NCBI GenBank assembly: GCA_963677895.2
Contig: CAXXGJ010000017.1
Coordinates: forward strand, 32,001-96,000
DNA from: Treponemataceae bacterium
GTDB lineage: Bacteria > Spirochaetota > Spirochaetia > Treponematales > Rectinemataceae
DNA: 64,000 nucleotides
Direction of reading: 5' to 3'
Part shown: positions 9,597 through 20,061 of the stretch, piece by piece
How the letters are laid out: the number at the start of each line of letters is the position of its first letter
Position numbering within the stretch: position 1 is the stretch's first letter
Translations under genes and position numbers: made by a program
Notes under the pieces: model-generated
Database searches by the model: none
What the model saw: the letters and a program-made list of their open reading frames with translations, nothing else
Told to the model about the DNA's origin: nothing

Positions 9597-10292
9597 GTGC
9601 GAATAAAAGCGGTCGGCTTCGACCTGGACGGGACATTGTATCCAGCATGGCTTATGTACGCGGTTTCCGCCGACATCGGAATGCTGCATCCCAGGCTGCT
9701 CGGCGCCTATGGCGCGGCTCGCAGGGCCTTGCGGGCGCGGGATTCGTCGGGGATGCCGGGAACCATCGATCCGGGAAACGAGGAACTCATCTCCCAAGCC
9801 TTCAGGAAACGCCAGGCTTCAATGATAGCCAGGAATCTCGGCGCCAATACGGACAGCGTGGCCGTTTCCATCGAAACATTGATATATTCGACCATAGAGA
9901 AGAGATTCAGGTTTATCAGGCCTTATAGAGGCGTCGCCGCCTGTCTGCGGACACTCCATCAATCCGGGCTTCGTCTCGGCCTTCTGTCAGACCTGCCGCC
10001 GTCACAAAAAATCAAGCTGCTGGGCTTTTCCGGAATTTTCGATTCCATACTCTGCTCCGAGGATTCCGGAGCGCTCAAGCCGGACCCTCGTCCTTTTTTG
10101 GCCCTCGCCGCCGATATGGGCGTCGAACCGGAATCCATTTTATATGTAGGCAACAAGCATGACTACGACATCATGGGCGCCAGAGCCGCCGGCATGAAGA
10201 CAGCCCTCATCGGGAGGGGAAAAGACGCCGATGCCGATTTTACCTTCAGACGCTGGGATGCCTTAACGCAATGGGTTCTCGCCCGTATTTAA
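9597..10292 (+). CDS. HAD-superfamily hydrolase
   Basis: FDLDGTL, KPDP, VGNxxxxDIMGA. Confidence 0.9.
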   Translation: MRIKAVGFDLDGTLYPAWLMYAVSADIGMLHPRLLGAYGAARRALRARDSSGMPGTIDPGNEELISQAFRKRQASMIARNLGANTDSVAVSIETLIYSTIEKRFRFIRPYRGVAACLRTLHQSGLRLGLLSDLPPSQKIKLLGFSGIFDSILCSEDSGALKPDPRPFLALAADMGVEPESILYVGNKHDYDIMGARAAGMKTALIGRGKDADADFTFRRWDALTQWVLARI

Positions 10293-10300
10293 ACCATTTG

Positions 10301-11095
10301 TCATATCCTGTATATGTCCCCGTTCCTGGCAAACCGCAGCCTGCCGTTTTCGGGCGGCGCCGCGCTGAAATGCGTAGCGACGAGCTGGGTGCCGGGGGAC
10401 AATAAAGGCAGCACGCGCGCTTCGATCTCCGCCGGGCTCAAATGCACTTCGCCCTCCCAGGGCCGCCCCTCGGCATCCGTCCCGCCTTCAGGGTCCATGG
10501 CGCCTCTGCCGCCGGAGTCGCAAAGCACGAGACGCCCGCCCATGGACAGGAGGGCCTCGAGGCGAGGACTCCATTTCGTGTCGGAGGTCGCGATGAAAAG
10601 CGGCGCCTCTTCCGCCTCTCTGCCGATGCGTATCGAATACGTGAGGGGAGAATGTTCGGCCTTGAAAAATTCGAGCCAGAGCCCGCCAGCCGCCTTCATC
10701 CTTCCGCCTTCTTTTATTTCGGCCGCTTCCAGGGCCGAGAGACTCCATTCCACATAAGGGTGCTCGGGCGAAATGGCCAAGCCAAGAATCATTCTCATCC
10801 ATTCCCGCAGTCCCGATGGCGCGATGAGCTTCAACGGAGCGGCTTCGCGCCCGCCCTGGCCCTCGTTTCGCGTCAGGTAAAGATTGAAAAGCAGAAACGG
10901 CAGGCCGAAACAATGGTCGCCGTGGAAATGCGTGATGACGATAGTATCGATGTCGGATAAAGCGACCTTTTCGCGCATGAGGGACTGGAGTATGTCGGGA
11001 GGGGCTTCGACGAGCAGGTGACCGTCGACCAGGCAGGAATTGAAGGGCAAGCCTTCGTTTTCGAATCCGCCCACGCCAAGAATCTTCACTTCCAT
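10301..11095 (-). CDS. Metallo-beta-lactamase-fold hydrolase (RNase Z-like)
   Basis: THFHGDH, SDT, later H and ATHF motifs. Confidence 0.85.
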   Translation of the reverse strand: MEVKILGVGGFENEGLPFNSCLVDGHLLVEAPPDILQSLMREKVALSDIDTIVITHFHGDHCFGLPFLLFNLYLTRNEGQGGREAAPLKLIAPSGLREWMRMILGLAISPEHPYVEWSLSALEAAEIKEGGRMKAAGGLWLEFFKAEHSPLTYSIRIGREAEEAPLFIATSDTKWSPRLEALLSMGGRLVLCDSGGRGAMDPEGGTDAEGRPWEGEVHLSPAEIEARVLPLLSPGTQLVATHFSAAPPENGRLRFARNGDIYRI

Positions 11096-11122
11096 GTCAA
11101 CTCCGTTAGTCTCGCTGGCGAG

Positions 11123-14100
11123 CTAGTCTCGCCACACCTCCGCGACGAATGGCTGGGTCTTCAGGTATTCCACATCCTTGTCGAGAGCTGAGCAGGAAAT
11201 ATGGGCTCCCGCCCGCACGATGGCTTCCCCGCCTTTATCCTTGAGTGGAATGTGAAAGGTCAGCGAACAAGACCCCGGAAGTGAATATATCGCATCGCGC
11301 AGCTCGATCATGGTTTCCTCATCGTACCTGCTGCCATTCTCCACCGAAGTGAGGCGAATGTGCAGTTCCCGCCAGGACTTTTCCTTCAGGGAAGCCGGAT
11401 CGAGGAGTTCCTTCACCTGGAGCGAGGGCTTCCCCCGCGATCCGTCGAAGGTTCCCTTTATGCAGTAGACGCGATCGGTGGCCAGCTGGGAACGCAGCAG
11501 CTCAAGCGCATCGGGAAAAACCACTATCTCGATGGAGCCGGAATAATCCTCCAGAAGGCCAAATGCCATCTTCCGCCCGGCTTTGGTAATAATCTCCCTG
11601 AACTCCATCATCATGGCCACGACGATATATTCCTTGTCCTGGGTGGCGTGTTCGAGGTGGGCGAGATCGAGGGATGAGGAGCGTTCCCATATCTGCCTAT
11701 ATTCATCCATGGGATGGCCGGTAAAATAGAAACCGAGGAGTGCCTTCTCGAAATCCAGCATTTCCTGGCGGCCGTATTCCTCGCAGGGCTCCATGTTGAA
11801 GGGCGGGAACACCGTCTCGTCCCCTGAATCGAAGAGGCTGCCCTGCCGCGAGGATTCGTGCTCCATCTTGGAAGAAACCCAGTCCAGGGCGCGCTCCAGG
11901 TTGAGCATCAGTTCCTTCCGCTTACATCCCAGCGAATCGAAGCAGCCCGCATGAATCAAGGATTCCAGTATTTTCTTGTTGAGTCCAACGCTGGACATGC
12001 GCGACAGGAAATCGACGAAGTCGGAGAACGGGCCTTTGTCCTTCCTTTCGTTCATTATGGCGTTGGCGATGCCGGCTCCCACGCCCTTTATGCCCAGGAA
12101 ACCATAGACGATTTCCCCCTTTTCCACGCTGAACATGGCTTCGGAGTAATTGATGTCGGGAGGCAGCACCTTTCTGCCCATGGCTTTGGCTTCGCTTATG
12201 TACTGCGTCAGTTTTCCCGTGTCGTTTATCTCATTGGTGAGGTTGGCCGCCATGAACTCGGCGGGGTAGTTGGCCTTGAGATAGGCGGTGCGATAGGCGA
12301 CGACGGAATAGGCCGCGGCGTGGGATTTATTGAAGCCATAGCCCGCGAAGGGGGTGAGGATGTCGAATATTTCCTCGGCTTCCTCTTTTTTGTATCCCCT
12401 TTTCAGGGCGCCTTCAATGAAGGGCGCTCTTTCCTTGGCGAGGATTTCCGGTTTTTTCTTGCCCATGGCCCTGCGGAGGAGGTCGGCTCGCCCCAGGGAA
12501 TAGCCCGCCACCTCTTGCGCCGCCTGCATTACCTGTTCCTGGTAGACGATGACGCCGTAGGTCGCCTTGAGGTATTTCTCGAGGGAGGGATGGGGATAGG
12601 TTATGGGTATCTTTCCGGTCTTGGAATCGATGTACTTGTCGATGAAATCCATCGGGCCTGGCCGGTAGAGGGCGTTCAGGGCTATCAAATCCTCGATCGT
12701 GTTCGGCTTGGCCCTTTTCAGGATGTTCTGCATGCCCGAGGATTCGAATTGGAATATGGAGGTGCTCTTGCCTTCGCCGAGGAGCTGGAAGGTCTTCCTG
12801 TCGTCCTCGGGGATAGCCTCTTCCTTGAGTTCGATGCCTCGTTTCTTTATGAGGTTGAGCGTGTTCTTGATCAGCGTCAGGGTCTTGAGTCCCAGGAAGT
12901 CCATCTTGACCAGGCCGCAGTTCTCCAGATAGTCCATCGTATACTGCGTCGAAATGTTGCCGGTCTTGGGATCCTTGTAGAGCGGGACGAAGTCCGTGAG
13001 GACGGATTTCCCGATGACGATGCCAGCCGCGTGTATGGAACTGTGCCTGTGCAGGTTTTCCAGCCTCAATCCGATCTTGAAGAGTTCCTGGTAGCGCGGG
13101 TCGTTGGCCAGGGTCTGGAGTTTCGGCTCCATCTCGAAGGCCGTCTCCAGGGTCATGTGGGGGTCTTCGGGGATAAGCTTGGCTATGTTGTTCGCGTCTT
13201 CAAAGGAGATATCGAGGGCGCGCGACACGTCCTTTATGACGGCCTTGGCCTTCAGGGTTCCGAAGGTGATGATCTGCCCCACCCTGTCCACGCCGTATTT
13301 CCGCGTGACGTACTCGATCACTTCGCCGCGTCTTTCATAGCAGAAATCGATGTCGAAGTCCGGCATGGATATTCGTTCCGGGTTGAGGAAGCGCTCGAAG
13401 AGGAGATCGAACTTCAGAGGATCGATATCGGTGATCCTGAGGGCGTAGGCCACGATCGAGCCGGCGCCCGATCCGCGGCCGGGTCCGACAGGTATGTCGT
13501 GCTGCTTGGCCCAGTCGATGAAGTCCCAGACAATGAGGTAATAACCGGTGAAGCCCATCTTGATGATGACCGAAAGCTCATATTCGGCCCTGTCCCGGAT
13601 CGTCTTGTCGGCGTTGGGATAGCGCCTGGAGAGGCCTTCGTAGGTAAGATGGCGCAGGTAGGCTTCGGGAGATTCGAACTCGGGCGGAATCTCGTAGTCG
13701 GGAAGCATGGGACCGGGAAAATCTATCTTGAGCTGGACCATCTCGTTGATCTTGAGGGTGTTTTCGAGCGCCTGGGGCACCTCGCCGAAGAGGGCCGCCA
13801 TTTCGTCGGCGGTTTTCAGGTAGAACTGGTTGTTGGGAAAGCGCATGCGTCCAGGCTCGTTCCGCTTGCGGTTCGTGCCCACGCAGAGAAGGATGTCCTG
13901 GGCTACCGAATCCTCCTGATTTATGTAATGAAGATCGTTCGTGGCGATGAGCGGCAGCCCCGTCCGCCTGGACATGGAAATAAGCTCGCGGTTGACGAGT
14001 TTCTGCTCCTCCAGTCCGTGATCCTGCAGTTCGAGGTAGAATCTGTCCTTTCCGAAGAGTTCCTGGTAATAGAGGACCTTTTTTTCGGCCGCGTCCCTCT

Positions 14101-14554
14101 TTCCGGAGAGAATAAGGGAGGGGATTTCCCCCGCTATGCAGGCGGTGGAGGCGATAAGTCCCTTGGAATACATCGCGAGGATTTCGTCGTCGATTCGCGG
14201 TTTGTAGTAGAAGCCCTCGGTGTAGGAAAGCGAGGTGAGCTTCATGAGGTTGCGGTAGCCTTCCTGGTTCTCGGCCAGGAGGATGAAGTGCCAATACTTA
14301 TTGCCGTTCTCGGTTCCGGTCTTTTCCCGGCGGGATCCGCCGGCCATATAGAACTCGCAGCCGATGATGGGATTCACGCCCTCTTCCCTGCAGACTTTGT
14401 TGAAAGTGAGGGCTCCGAACATATTGCCATGATCCGTTATCGCCAAGCCGGGCATTCCGTAGCGCTTGGCCGTGGCGACAAGTTCCTTGATGGGGGCGGC
14501 GCCGTCGAGGAGGGAGAAATCTGTATGGTTGTGAAGATGCACGAATTCCGACAT
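11123..14554 (-). CDS. dnaE: DNA polymerase III alpha subunit
   Basis: PHP HLHNHTDFSLLDG, GPGRGSGAGS, MPDFDIDF, GYGFNKSH, C-terminal OB fold. Confidence 0.98.
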   Translation of the reverse strand: MSEFVHLHNHTDFSLLDGAAPIKELVATAKRYGMPGLAITDHGNMFGALTFNKVCREEGVNPIIGCEFYMAGGSRREKTGTENGNKYWHFILLAENQEGYRNLMKLTSLSYTEGFYYKPRIDDEILAMYSKGLIASTACIAGEIPSLILSGKRDAAEKKVLYYQELFGKDRFYLELQDHGLEEQKLVNRELISMSRRTGLPLIATNDLHYINQEDSVAQDILLCVGTNRKRNEPGRMRFPNNQFYLKTADEMAALFGEVPQALENTLKINEMVQLKIDFPGPMLPDYEIPPEFESPEAYLRHLTYEGLSRRYPNADKTIRDRAEYELSVIIKMGFTGYYLIVWDFIDWAKQHDIPVGPGRGSGAGSIVAYALRITDIDPLKFDLLFERFLNPERISMPDFDIDFCYERRGEVIEYVTRKYGVDRVGQIITFGTLKAKAVIKDVSRALDISFEDANNIAKLIPEDPHMTLETAFEMEPKLQTLANDPRYQELFKIGLRLENLHRHSSIHAAGIVIGKSVLTDFVPLYKDPKTGNISTQYTMDYLENCGLVKMDFLGLKTLTLIKNTLNLIKKRGIELKEEAIPEDDRKTFQLLGEGKSTSIFQFESSGMQNILKRAKPNTIEDLIALNALYRPGPMDFIDKYIDSKTGKIPITYPHPSLEKYLKATYGVIVYQEQVMQAAQEVAGYSLGRADLLRRAMGKKKPEILAKERAPFIEGALKRGYKKEEAEEIFDILTPFAGYGFNKSHAAAYSVVAYRTAYLKANYPAEFMAANLTNEINDTGKLTQYISEAKAMGRKVLPPDINYSEAMFSVEKGEIVYGFLGIKGVGAGIANAIMNERKDKGPFSDFVDFLSRMSSVGLNKKILESLIHAGCFDSLGCKRKELMLNLERALDWVSSKMEHESSRQGSLFDSGDETVFPPFNMEPCEEYGRQEMLDFEKALLGFYFTGHPMDEYRQIWERSSSLDLAHLEHATQDKEYIVVAMMMEFREIITKAGRKMAFGLLEDYSGSIEIVVFPDALELLRSQLATDRVYCIKGTFDGSRGKPSLQVKELLDPASLKEKSWRELHIRLTSVENGSRYDEETMIELRDAIYSLPGSCSLTFHIPLKDKGGEAIVRAGAHISCSALDKDVEYLKTQPFVAEVWRD

Positions 14555-14573
14555 GGCCGAAGTATAGCCTACT

Positions 14574-15992
14574 TTAGGCGTAACCCGCCAGAACCCCGAT
14601 CATGAGAAGACCCATGGTGAGGACGAGAACGGCCGCCTGCAGAAGCCAGGTCTTTTTGAACCATTCGGGCCAGGAGAGCCCCGCCACGCCCAGGGCTATA
14701 AGGAGAACCGCGTTGGTGGGGTAGATCATATTGGAGAATCCGTCGCCGAAGGCGAAAGCCTGTACGGCCAGCTGACGGGAGACGCCTGCCAGGTCGGCCA
14801 GAGGCGCGAGAAGGGGCATGAGAAGAAAGGCCTTGGCAGTGGCCGATCCGATGAAAAAATTCATCCCAAGGGTGAAAATATAGATGAGAGCCGCGGCTCC
14901 GTAGCCGCTCGATTCCCCGATGATGGAGGAAGCCCCGTGGAGGATGGAATCCATGATTCCTCCGGAGACGATGATGTGCTTGACGGCCATCGCCATGAGG
15001 ATGAGGACGACGCCCGGGAGAATGCCGGCCACACCCGATCCGAAGGCCTTGAGGCAGTCCCGGAAGGAAAGGCCGGCGACGAGGCCGGAGCCGAGGCCGG
15101 CGATAAGGAATATGAGGGCGATGATGGGCATGGAATAGTCGGCGAAGGTTCTCGTCAGCGAGACCGTCATGATGACGGCGATGAGGATGAGGATGGAGAG
15201 GCCGAAAAAGCGGGCGCCGCGGCCAGGCTTGAGGCCGGCTGTCTTTTCCGGCACGACATCGATAGGGAGGCCAGCGACGGCGCCGGGTTTTCCGGATTCG
15301 CATTTTTTCGCCATGGCCGCGAGCCAAAGGTAAAAGAGCGCGTAGACGCAGATGAACACGATTATCCTGAAACCCGAGCCGGAAAACATGGGAAGGCCGG
15401 CGAGACGCTGGGCCGTGCCTATGGTGAAGGGATTCGCGATGGCCGCCGAAAAGCCGAATCCCGTCGCGAGAATGCTCATTCCGAGTCCCACGTAGATGTC
15501 CCAGCCAAGGGAGAGGGAGAGGGCTATCGCCACGGGCACGAGGGGTACCGTTTCCTCGAAGATGCCGAGAAGCGATCCGATCCCCATGAAAAAGAACACG
15601 ACGATGGCGAGAAGAAGATAGCGGCGCGCGGCAAAGCGTCGGGCGATGAGGGTCACGGTCTCCTTGAGCACCGAAGCCTTGTCCAGAACCGCGAAGGCGC
15701 CGCCCACGATCATGATGAACAGTATTATGACGATTGCCTGGAGCCCGTCGCTGGAAGCGAGCACCTCAAAGGGGGCGGTAAACCAGCGCCAGACCGGATA
15801 GGCGGGCTTTTCCGTCATGATGTAGGTATCGGGCACCACCTGGAGGCCATATTCGCCCATGACCCGTTCGTATCGACCGGAAGGCAGGACGGCGGAGAGG
15901 AGGCCCGCCCCCAGCATCAGGGCGAGCAGCACGAGAAAGCTCGTGAGAAAGGCTTTTTTGGAAATGCGGAGCCCCGACTGTCGCTGAGCCAT
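14574..15992 (-). CDS. YfcC/DcuC-like basic amino acid or dicarboxylate transporter
   Basis: About 12 TM segments; EETVP, NPFTIGTAQ..AGLP.FSG..FR, FGDGFSNMIYPT. Confidence 0.85.
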   Translation of the reverse strand: MAQRQSGLRISKKAFLTSFLVLLALMLGAGLLSAVLPSGRYERVMGEYGLQVVPDTYIMTEKPAYPVWRWFTAPFEVLASSDGLQAIVIILFIMIVGGAFAVLDKASVLKETVTLIARRFAARRYLLLAIVVFFFMGIGSLLGIFEETVPLVPVAIALSLSLGWDIYVGLGMSILATGFGFSAAIANPFTIGTAQRLAGLPMFSGSGFRIIVFICVYALFYLWLAAMAKKCESGKPGAVAGLPIDVVPEKTAGLKPGRGARFFGLSILILIAVIMTVSLTRTFADYSMPIIALIFLIAGLGSGLVAGLSFRDCLKAFGSGVAGILPGVVLILMAMAVKHIIVSGGIMDSILHGASSIIGESSGYGAAALIYIFTLGMNFFIGSATAKAFLLMPLLAPLADLAGVSRQLAVQAFAFGDGFSNMIYPTNAVLLIALGVAGLSWPEWFKKTWLLQAAVLVLTMGLLMIGVLAGYA

Positions 15993-16094
15993 CGTCTTCC
16001 TCCATATGGGCGGTAAAAAGCCGGCAGGCTATGCCGCATAATGTTGACCTTGTCGTCATACTACTTCATACTTTTATCAAAAGGAAGATTTTGA

Positions 16095-17453
16095 ATGAAC
16101 GACAATGCTACATCGGCGGCAATTTATCCCGATTTGCCCTCCAAACTATCACGTCTCGTGAGCTTTCCCACGGTTTCATCCTACAACCCCGGCGATGAGG
16201 ACGACGCGGCCTTCCTGGCGCTGAAAAGCGAGCTGCCCCTTCTCTATCCCCAGGTGCACGCGAAGCTGGTGAGGGAAGAACCTTCCGACAGGGCCCTTCT
16301 CTACACCTGGAAAGGAAAAAATCCCTCCCTCGCGCCGGTGGTGCTATGCGCCCATTTCGACGTCGTACCCGTTGCCGATACGGCGGGCTGGAAACATGAT
16401 CCCTTCGCGGGAGACATCATAGAAGGCGAACTCTGGGGCCGCGGCACCCAGGATATCAAGGTGCTCATGGCCTCCATTCTCGAAGCCGCCGAAAAGCTCC
16501 TGGAGCGCGGCTTCGAGCCCGAACGGACGATCTATTTCGCCTTTGGCGGCGATGAAGAGGTAGGCGGCCATAGGGGTGCCGCGGCCATCGCCGACCTTTT
16601 TGCCAGCAGGGGGATCAAGGCCTCTTTTCTCGTGGACGAAGGAGGGCCCATCTCGGTGGGCATGCTTTCCTTTGCCGCGCGTCCCCTTGCCCTCATCGGC
16701 GTGGCGGAGAAAGGCTATGCCGACCTTTGCGTGCGCGTGAAAGGTTCGGGAGGGCATGCCTCCATGCCGCCTCGACATACCGCCCCCGGCGATCTCGCCA
16801 GGGCTATCGCCGCGATCGAAGCGCGGCCCTTCCCCGCAAAACTCACGCGCACGGTGCGTTCCTTTTTCTCTCGCCTCGCGCCTGAATCGAGACAGCCTTA
16901 CCGTTTCCTCTTCAGCCAGCTCTGGCTGACAGCCCCGGTTCTCATGAGGGTATTCGCTTCGGGGCCGACCACGAACGCCTTGATACGCACGACCGTGGCC
17001 TGCACCATGCTCAAGGGTAGCCCGAAGGAAAATGTCCTCGCGGACAATGCCGAGGCTACGCTGAATGTGCGCATTCTCCCGGGCGAGACTTCGGAAGAAG
17101 TCATGGCGAGGCTGAACCGCATCGTGGCGCCTTACGGCGCGACGGTATCCCCCAAATATCAAGATCATGTAATCGAGCCGTCCAGCGAATCCGGAACGGA
17201 CCATGAGGGATGGAAGGCCATCGAGTCGGCCTTGAGGACATCCCATCCCCAGGCGGGCTGCCTGCCCTTCCTTTTCAGCGCCGCGACGGATACGAAACAT
17301 TATAAGAATGTCGTTGGCGCGATCTATAGATTCACGCCCTTGATCCAGTCCCAGGAGGACCTCAAGGGAGTTCATGGAGACAACGAGCGGGTGAAGCTGA
17401 GCGATCTCGATCGTTGCGCGCTTTTCTACGGTACGATGATGGAATCGCTCTAG
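16095..17453 (+). CDS. M20 family peptidase/amidohydrolase (CPS/PM20D1-like)
   Basis: AHFDVVP, GRGTQDIK, GGDEE, DEGG, GGHASMPP, ATD, HGDNE. Confidence 0.92.
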   Translation: MNDNATSAAIYPDLPSKLSRLVSFPTVSSYNPGDEDDAAFLALKSELPLLYPQVHAKLVREEPSDRALLYTWKGKNPSLAPVVLCAHFDVVPVADTAGWKHDPFAGDIIEGELWGRGTQDIKVLMASILEAAEKLLERGFEPERTIYFAFGGDEEVGGHRGAAAIADLFASRGIKASFLVDEGGPISVGMLSFAARPLALIGVAEKGYADLCVRVKGSGGHASMPPRHTAPGDLARAIAAIEARPFPAKLTRTVRSFFSRLAPESRQPYRFLFSQLWLTAPVLMRVFASGPTTNALIRTTVACTMLKGSPKENVLADNAEATLNVRILPGETSEEVMARLNRIVAPYGATVSPKYQDHVIEPSSESGTDHEGWKAIESALRTSHPQAGCLPFLFSAATDTKHYKNVVGAIYRFTPLIQSQEDLKGVHGDNERVKLSDLDRCALFYGTMMESL

Positions 17454-17601
17454 ACGGTACATCGCGTCGCGGGAAGGAAGCGGGTATTCAGGAAGCGCGC
17501 GTTTCAAAGGAGATGATCCTGGAGACCTGCATTTCGGAAGCTCGCTTCCAATTTTTAATTATTATCTTGCCTCGGATCATCTCCTGTATTAAACTTTTGT
17601 A

Positions 17602-18159
17602 ATGAAAATAAAAATAATATCGATTATGATCGTGCTGGCGGCGATCGGTTCCGCCGTTTACGCGGTGGATGTAAACGGAACTATTGCCCAAGGCGAGTAC
17701 GCGAGGGAAACGTCATTCGACAATGGAAATTTCAGGCTCCTCTGGAAAATTCAGGGTGATGCGATATTCATGGCCATCGACGCGAAGGCGGCCGGATGGG
17801 TCGCGATAGGATTCGAGCCGACGAACATCATGGCGAATGCCGATATGATATTCGGCATCGTGGACAAGTCGGGCAAACTGCAGTCGATAGACGCCTGGTC
17901 CACCGGAATGTTCGGCCCGCACCCGCCAGACCTGAATCAGGGAGGCAAGGACAGCCTCCTCGCCTCCGCGGCCGGCAGATCCCAGGATCGGGTCGTATTC
18001 GAATTCTCCCGAAAATTGAATACCGCCGACAAGTTGGACAAGGTCATCCCCGCCAAAGGCTCGTTCAAGGTTATATGGGCTTATAGTTCCAGCCTGCAGT
18101 TCACCGCGAATCACAGTAAGGCCGGCAAAGCCACGCTCATGATGGATGGCTCCGAATGA
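17602..18159 (+). CDS. Secreted DOMON-domain protein (probably heme-binding)
   Basis: Signal peptide; GWVAIGF...MANADMIFG, FSRKL.T.D, VIWAY...H. Confidence 0.85.
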   Translation: MKIKIISIMIVLAAIGSAVYAVDVNGTIAQGEYARETSFDNGNFRLLWKIQGDAIFMAIDAKAAGWVAIGFEPTNIMANADMIFGIVDKSGKLQSIDAWSTGMFGPHPPDLNQGGKDSLLASAAGRSQDRVVFEFSRKLNTADKLDKVIPAKGSFKVIWAYSSSLQFTANHSKAGKATLMMDGSE

Positions 18160-18560
18160 GCCTCTTCCCCTTTCACCTGGCGCTCATGGCGACGGCAACC
18201 GCCGCCATGCTGGCGGCCATCGTCGTCGCGAGGTTTTTCAGAAAGAAGAAATGGTGGCTCAAGGCGCATAAATCGCTCAACCTTGCCGCCGTCGGTTTGG
18301 CTCTCTCGGGGTTTGTTCTCGCGCTTATCATGGTGCAATCGTCGGGCGGCCCCCACTTCAGGGTAAGCCACGCCGTCTTCGGCGGAGTCGCTCTACTTTT
18401 CCTGATCTCGATGCCGTTTCTGGGATTCATGATATTCAAATCGAAAGACAAGAAAAAAACGGCCCGGCTCAGAATCGCGCATCGCTGGCTGGGAAGGTTG
18501 GCCGCCATTCTTTGCTGCGTCGCCGTCGTCGCCGGGCTTTTCCTGATCGGCGTTCTTTAA
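18156..18560 (+). CDS. Four-TM cytochrome b561-like membrane protein
   Basis: Four hydrophobic helices, each with a His: FHLAL, WLKAHKSLN, SHAVFG, AHRWLGR; ATGA overlap with the DOMON gene. Confidence 0.75.
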   Translation: MSLFPFHLALMATATAAMLAAIVVARFFRKKKWWLKAHKSLNLAAVGLALSGFVLALIMVQSSGGPHFRVSHAVFGGVALLFLISMPFLGFMIFKSKDKKKTARLRIAHRWLGRLAAILCCVAVVAGLFLIGVL

Positions 18561-19285
18561 GGCGATCTTTTCACGTTGCCCGATTTCGACCCCAGGTAAG
18601 CCGCCCGCACGGAGGGGTCGCTCGCTATTTCCCTGGACGGTCCCGATTTCACGATGCGTCCCTGCTCGAGCACGTAGGCTCTATCGGCCACCGTGAGCGC
18701 CTTGAAGGCGTTCTGTTCCACGAGCAGGATGGTCTTTCCCATGTCGCGGATCTTGACGATGATCTCGAACACCGTCTGGACAAGCAGAGGCGCCAACCCG
18801 AGCGAGGGTTCATCCATGAGCACAAGCTCGCCGTTGGTCATGAGCGCCCTGCCCATCGCGAGCATCTGCTGTTCTCCGCCCGACAGGGTGCCGGCTATCT
18901 GCTGCTCCCTCTCCTTGAGACGCGGGAAAATGGAAAAAACCTTGTCTATATCCTCGCGGACGACCTTCTTGTCATTCCGCAGATAGGCGCCCAGAAGAAG
19001 ATTGTCGGTAACGGTCAGATTGGCGAAAATCAGCCTTCCTTCTGGGACATGGCATATACCCGACTTGACGACCAGATCGGGTCGCCTGGCCAGCTTGGCG
19101 TCCTTGTAGAGAACTTCTCCCTGCGAAGGTTTGAGGAATCCCGAAATGGTGTTGAGGAGGGTGGACTTCCCTGCGCCGTTCGCGCCGATGATCGTGACGA
19201 TCTCGCCCCGCTTCACTTCGAGGGATACGCCTTTCAAGGCCCTGATGCCGCCGTAGGATACGTGGAGGTCGTTAACTTTCAGCAT
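18557..19285 (-). CDS. livF: Branched-chain amino acid ABC ATPase
   Basis: GANGAGKST, LSGGEQQM, MDEPSLGLAP; start ATG 19285. Confidence 0.93.
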   Translation of the reverse strand: MLKVNDLHVSYGGIRALKGVSLEVKRGEIVTIIGANGAGKSTLLNTISGFLKPSQGEVLYKDAKLARRPDLVVKSGICHVPEGRLIFANLTVTDNLLLGAYLRNDKKVVREDIDKVFSIFPRLKEREQQIAGTLSGGEQQMLAMGRALMTNGELVLMDEPSLGLAPLLVQTVFEIIVKIRDMGKTILLVEQNAFKALTVADRAYVLEQGRIVKSGPSREIASDPSVRAAYLGSKSGNVKRSP

Positions 19286-19287
19286 GA

Positions 19288-20061
19288 TCAGGCCTCCTCT
19301 GTGGTGCCGAGATAGGCTTCTATCACCTTGGGGTTGTTCGCGACCTCGTCGGCTCCGCCTTCCGCGAGCTTCAATCCGAAATTGAGCACGACGATGTGCT
19401 CGCATACTCCCATGATGAGGTCCATGTGATGCTCGATGACGAGGACCGACAGCTTGAACTCATCGCGGATCCTGACGATCAGCTTCATGAGATGCTCGGT
19501 CTCGTCCGGGTTCATGCCGGCGGCGGGCTCGTCGAGCAACAGCAGTTCGGGATCCAGGGCCAAGGCTCTGACGATTTCCAGTCTCCGCTGCATTCCGTAG
19601 GGGAGATTGTTGGCAACGAGATCCCTTCTGTCCGTAAGGCCCATGATCTCGAGAAGTTTTTCGGCTTTCGCCACGAGCGCCTTCTCTTCCTTCCTGAAAC
19701 GCGGGAGGCGGAAAATCGACTCGGCGATATTGTAGGTGGCGCTCAAATGGCATGCGGTCAGCACGTTTTCGAAAACGGTCAGGTTCTTGAAGAGTCTGAT
19801 GTTCTGAAACGTTCTCGTGATGCCGAGATCGGCGATCTTGTAGGGGGGAAGCCCGACGACGCTCTGGCCCTTGAATTTCACGGCGCCCTCGGTGAGGGAA
19901 TAGACGCCGGTTATAAGGTTGAAAATGGTGGTCTTTCCCGCGCCGTTCGGGCCTATGAGACCCACGATTCCCCCCTCGGGAACCGAAAAGGACACATCGT
20001 TGACGGCGGCAAGTCCCCCAAAGCGTTTTGTAAGATGGGAGATTTCAAGTATGTCAGCCAT
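19288..20061 (-). CDS. livG: Branched-chain amino acid ABC ATPase
   Basis: [35 protein letters not shown]. Confidence 0.93.
   Translation of the reverse strand: MADILEISHLTKRFGGLAAVNDVSFSVPEGGIVGLIGPNGAGKTTIFNLITGVYSLTEGAVKFKGQSVVGLPPYKIADLGITRTFQNIRLFKNLTVFENVLTACHLSATYNIAESIFRLPRFRKEEKALVAKAEKLLEIMGLTDRRDLVANNLPYGMQRRLEIVRALALDPELLLLDEPAAGMNPDETEHLMKLIVRIRDEFKLSVLVIEHHMDLIMGVCEHIVVLNFGLKLAEGGADEVANNPKVIEAYLGTTEEA

Noticed and set aside
11123..14554. Intein or split in DnaE
   Set aside because: Normal length and continuous motifs
11858..14605. 915-aa ORF antisense to dnaE
   Set aside because: Codon-register shadow of a high-GC gene; no motifs
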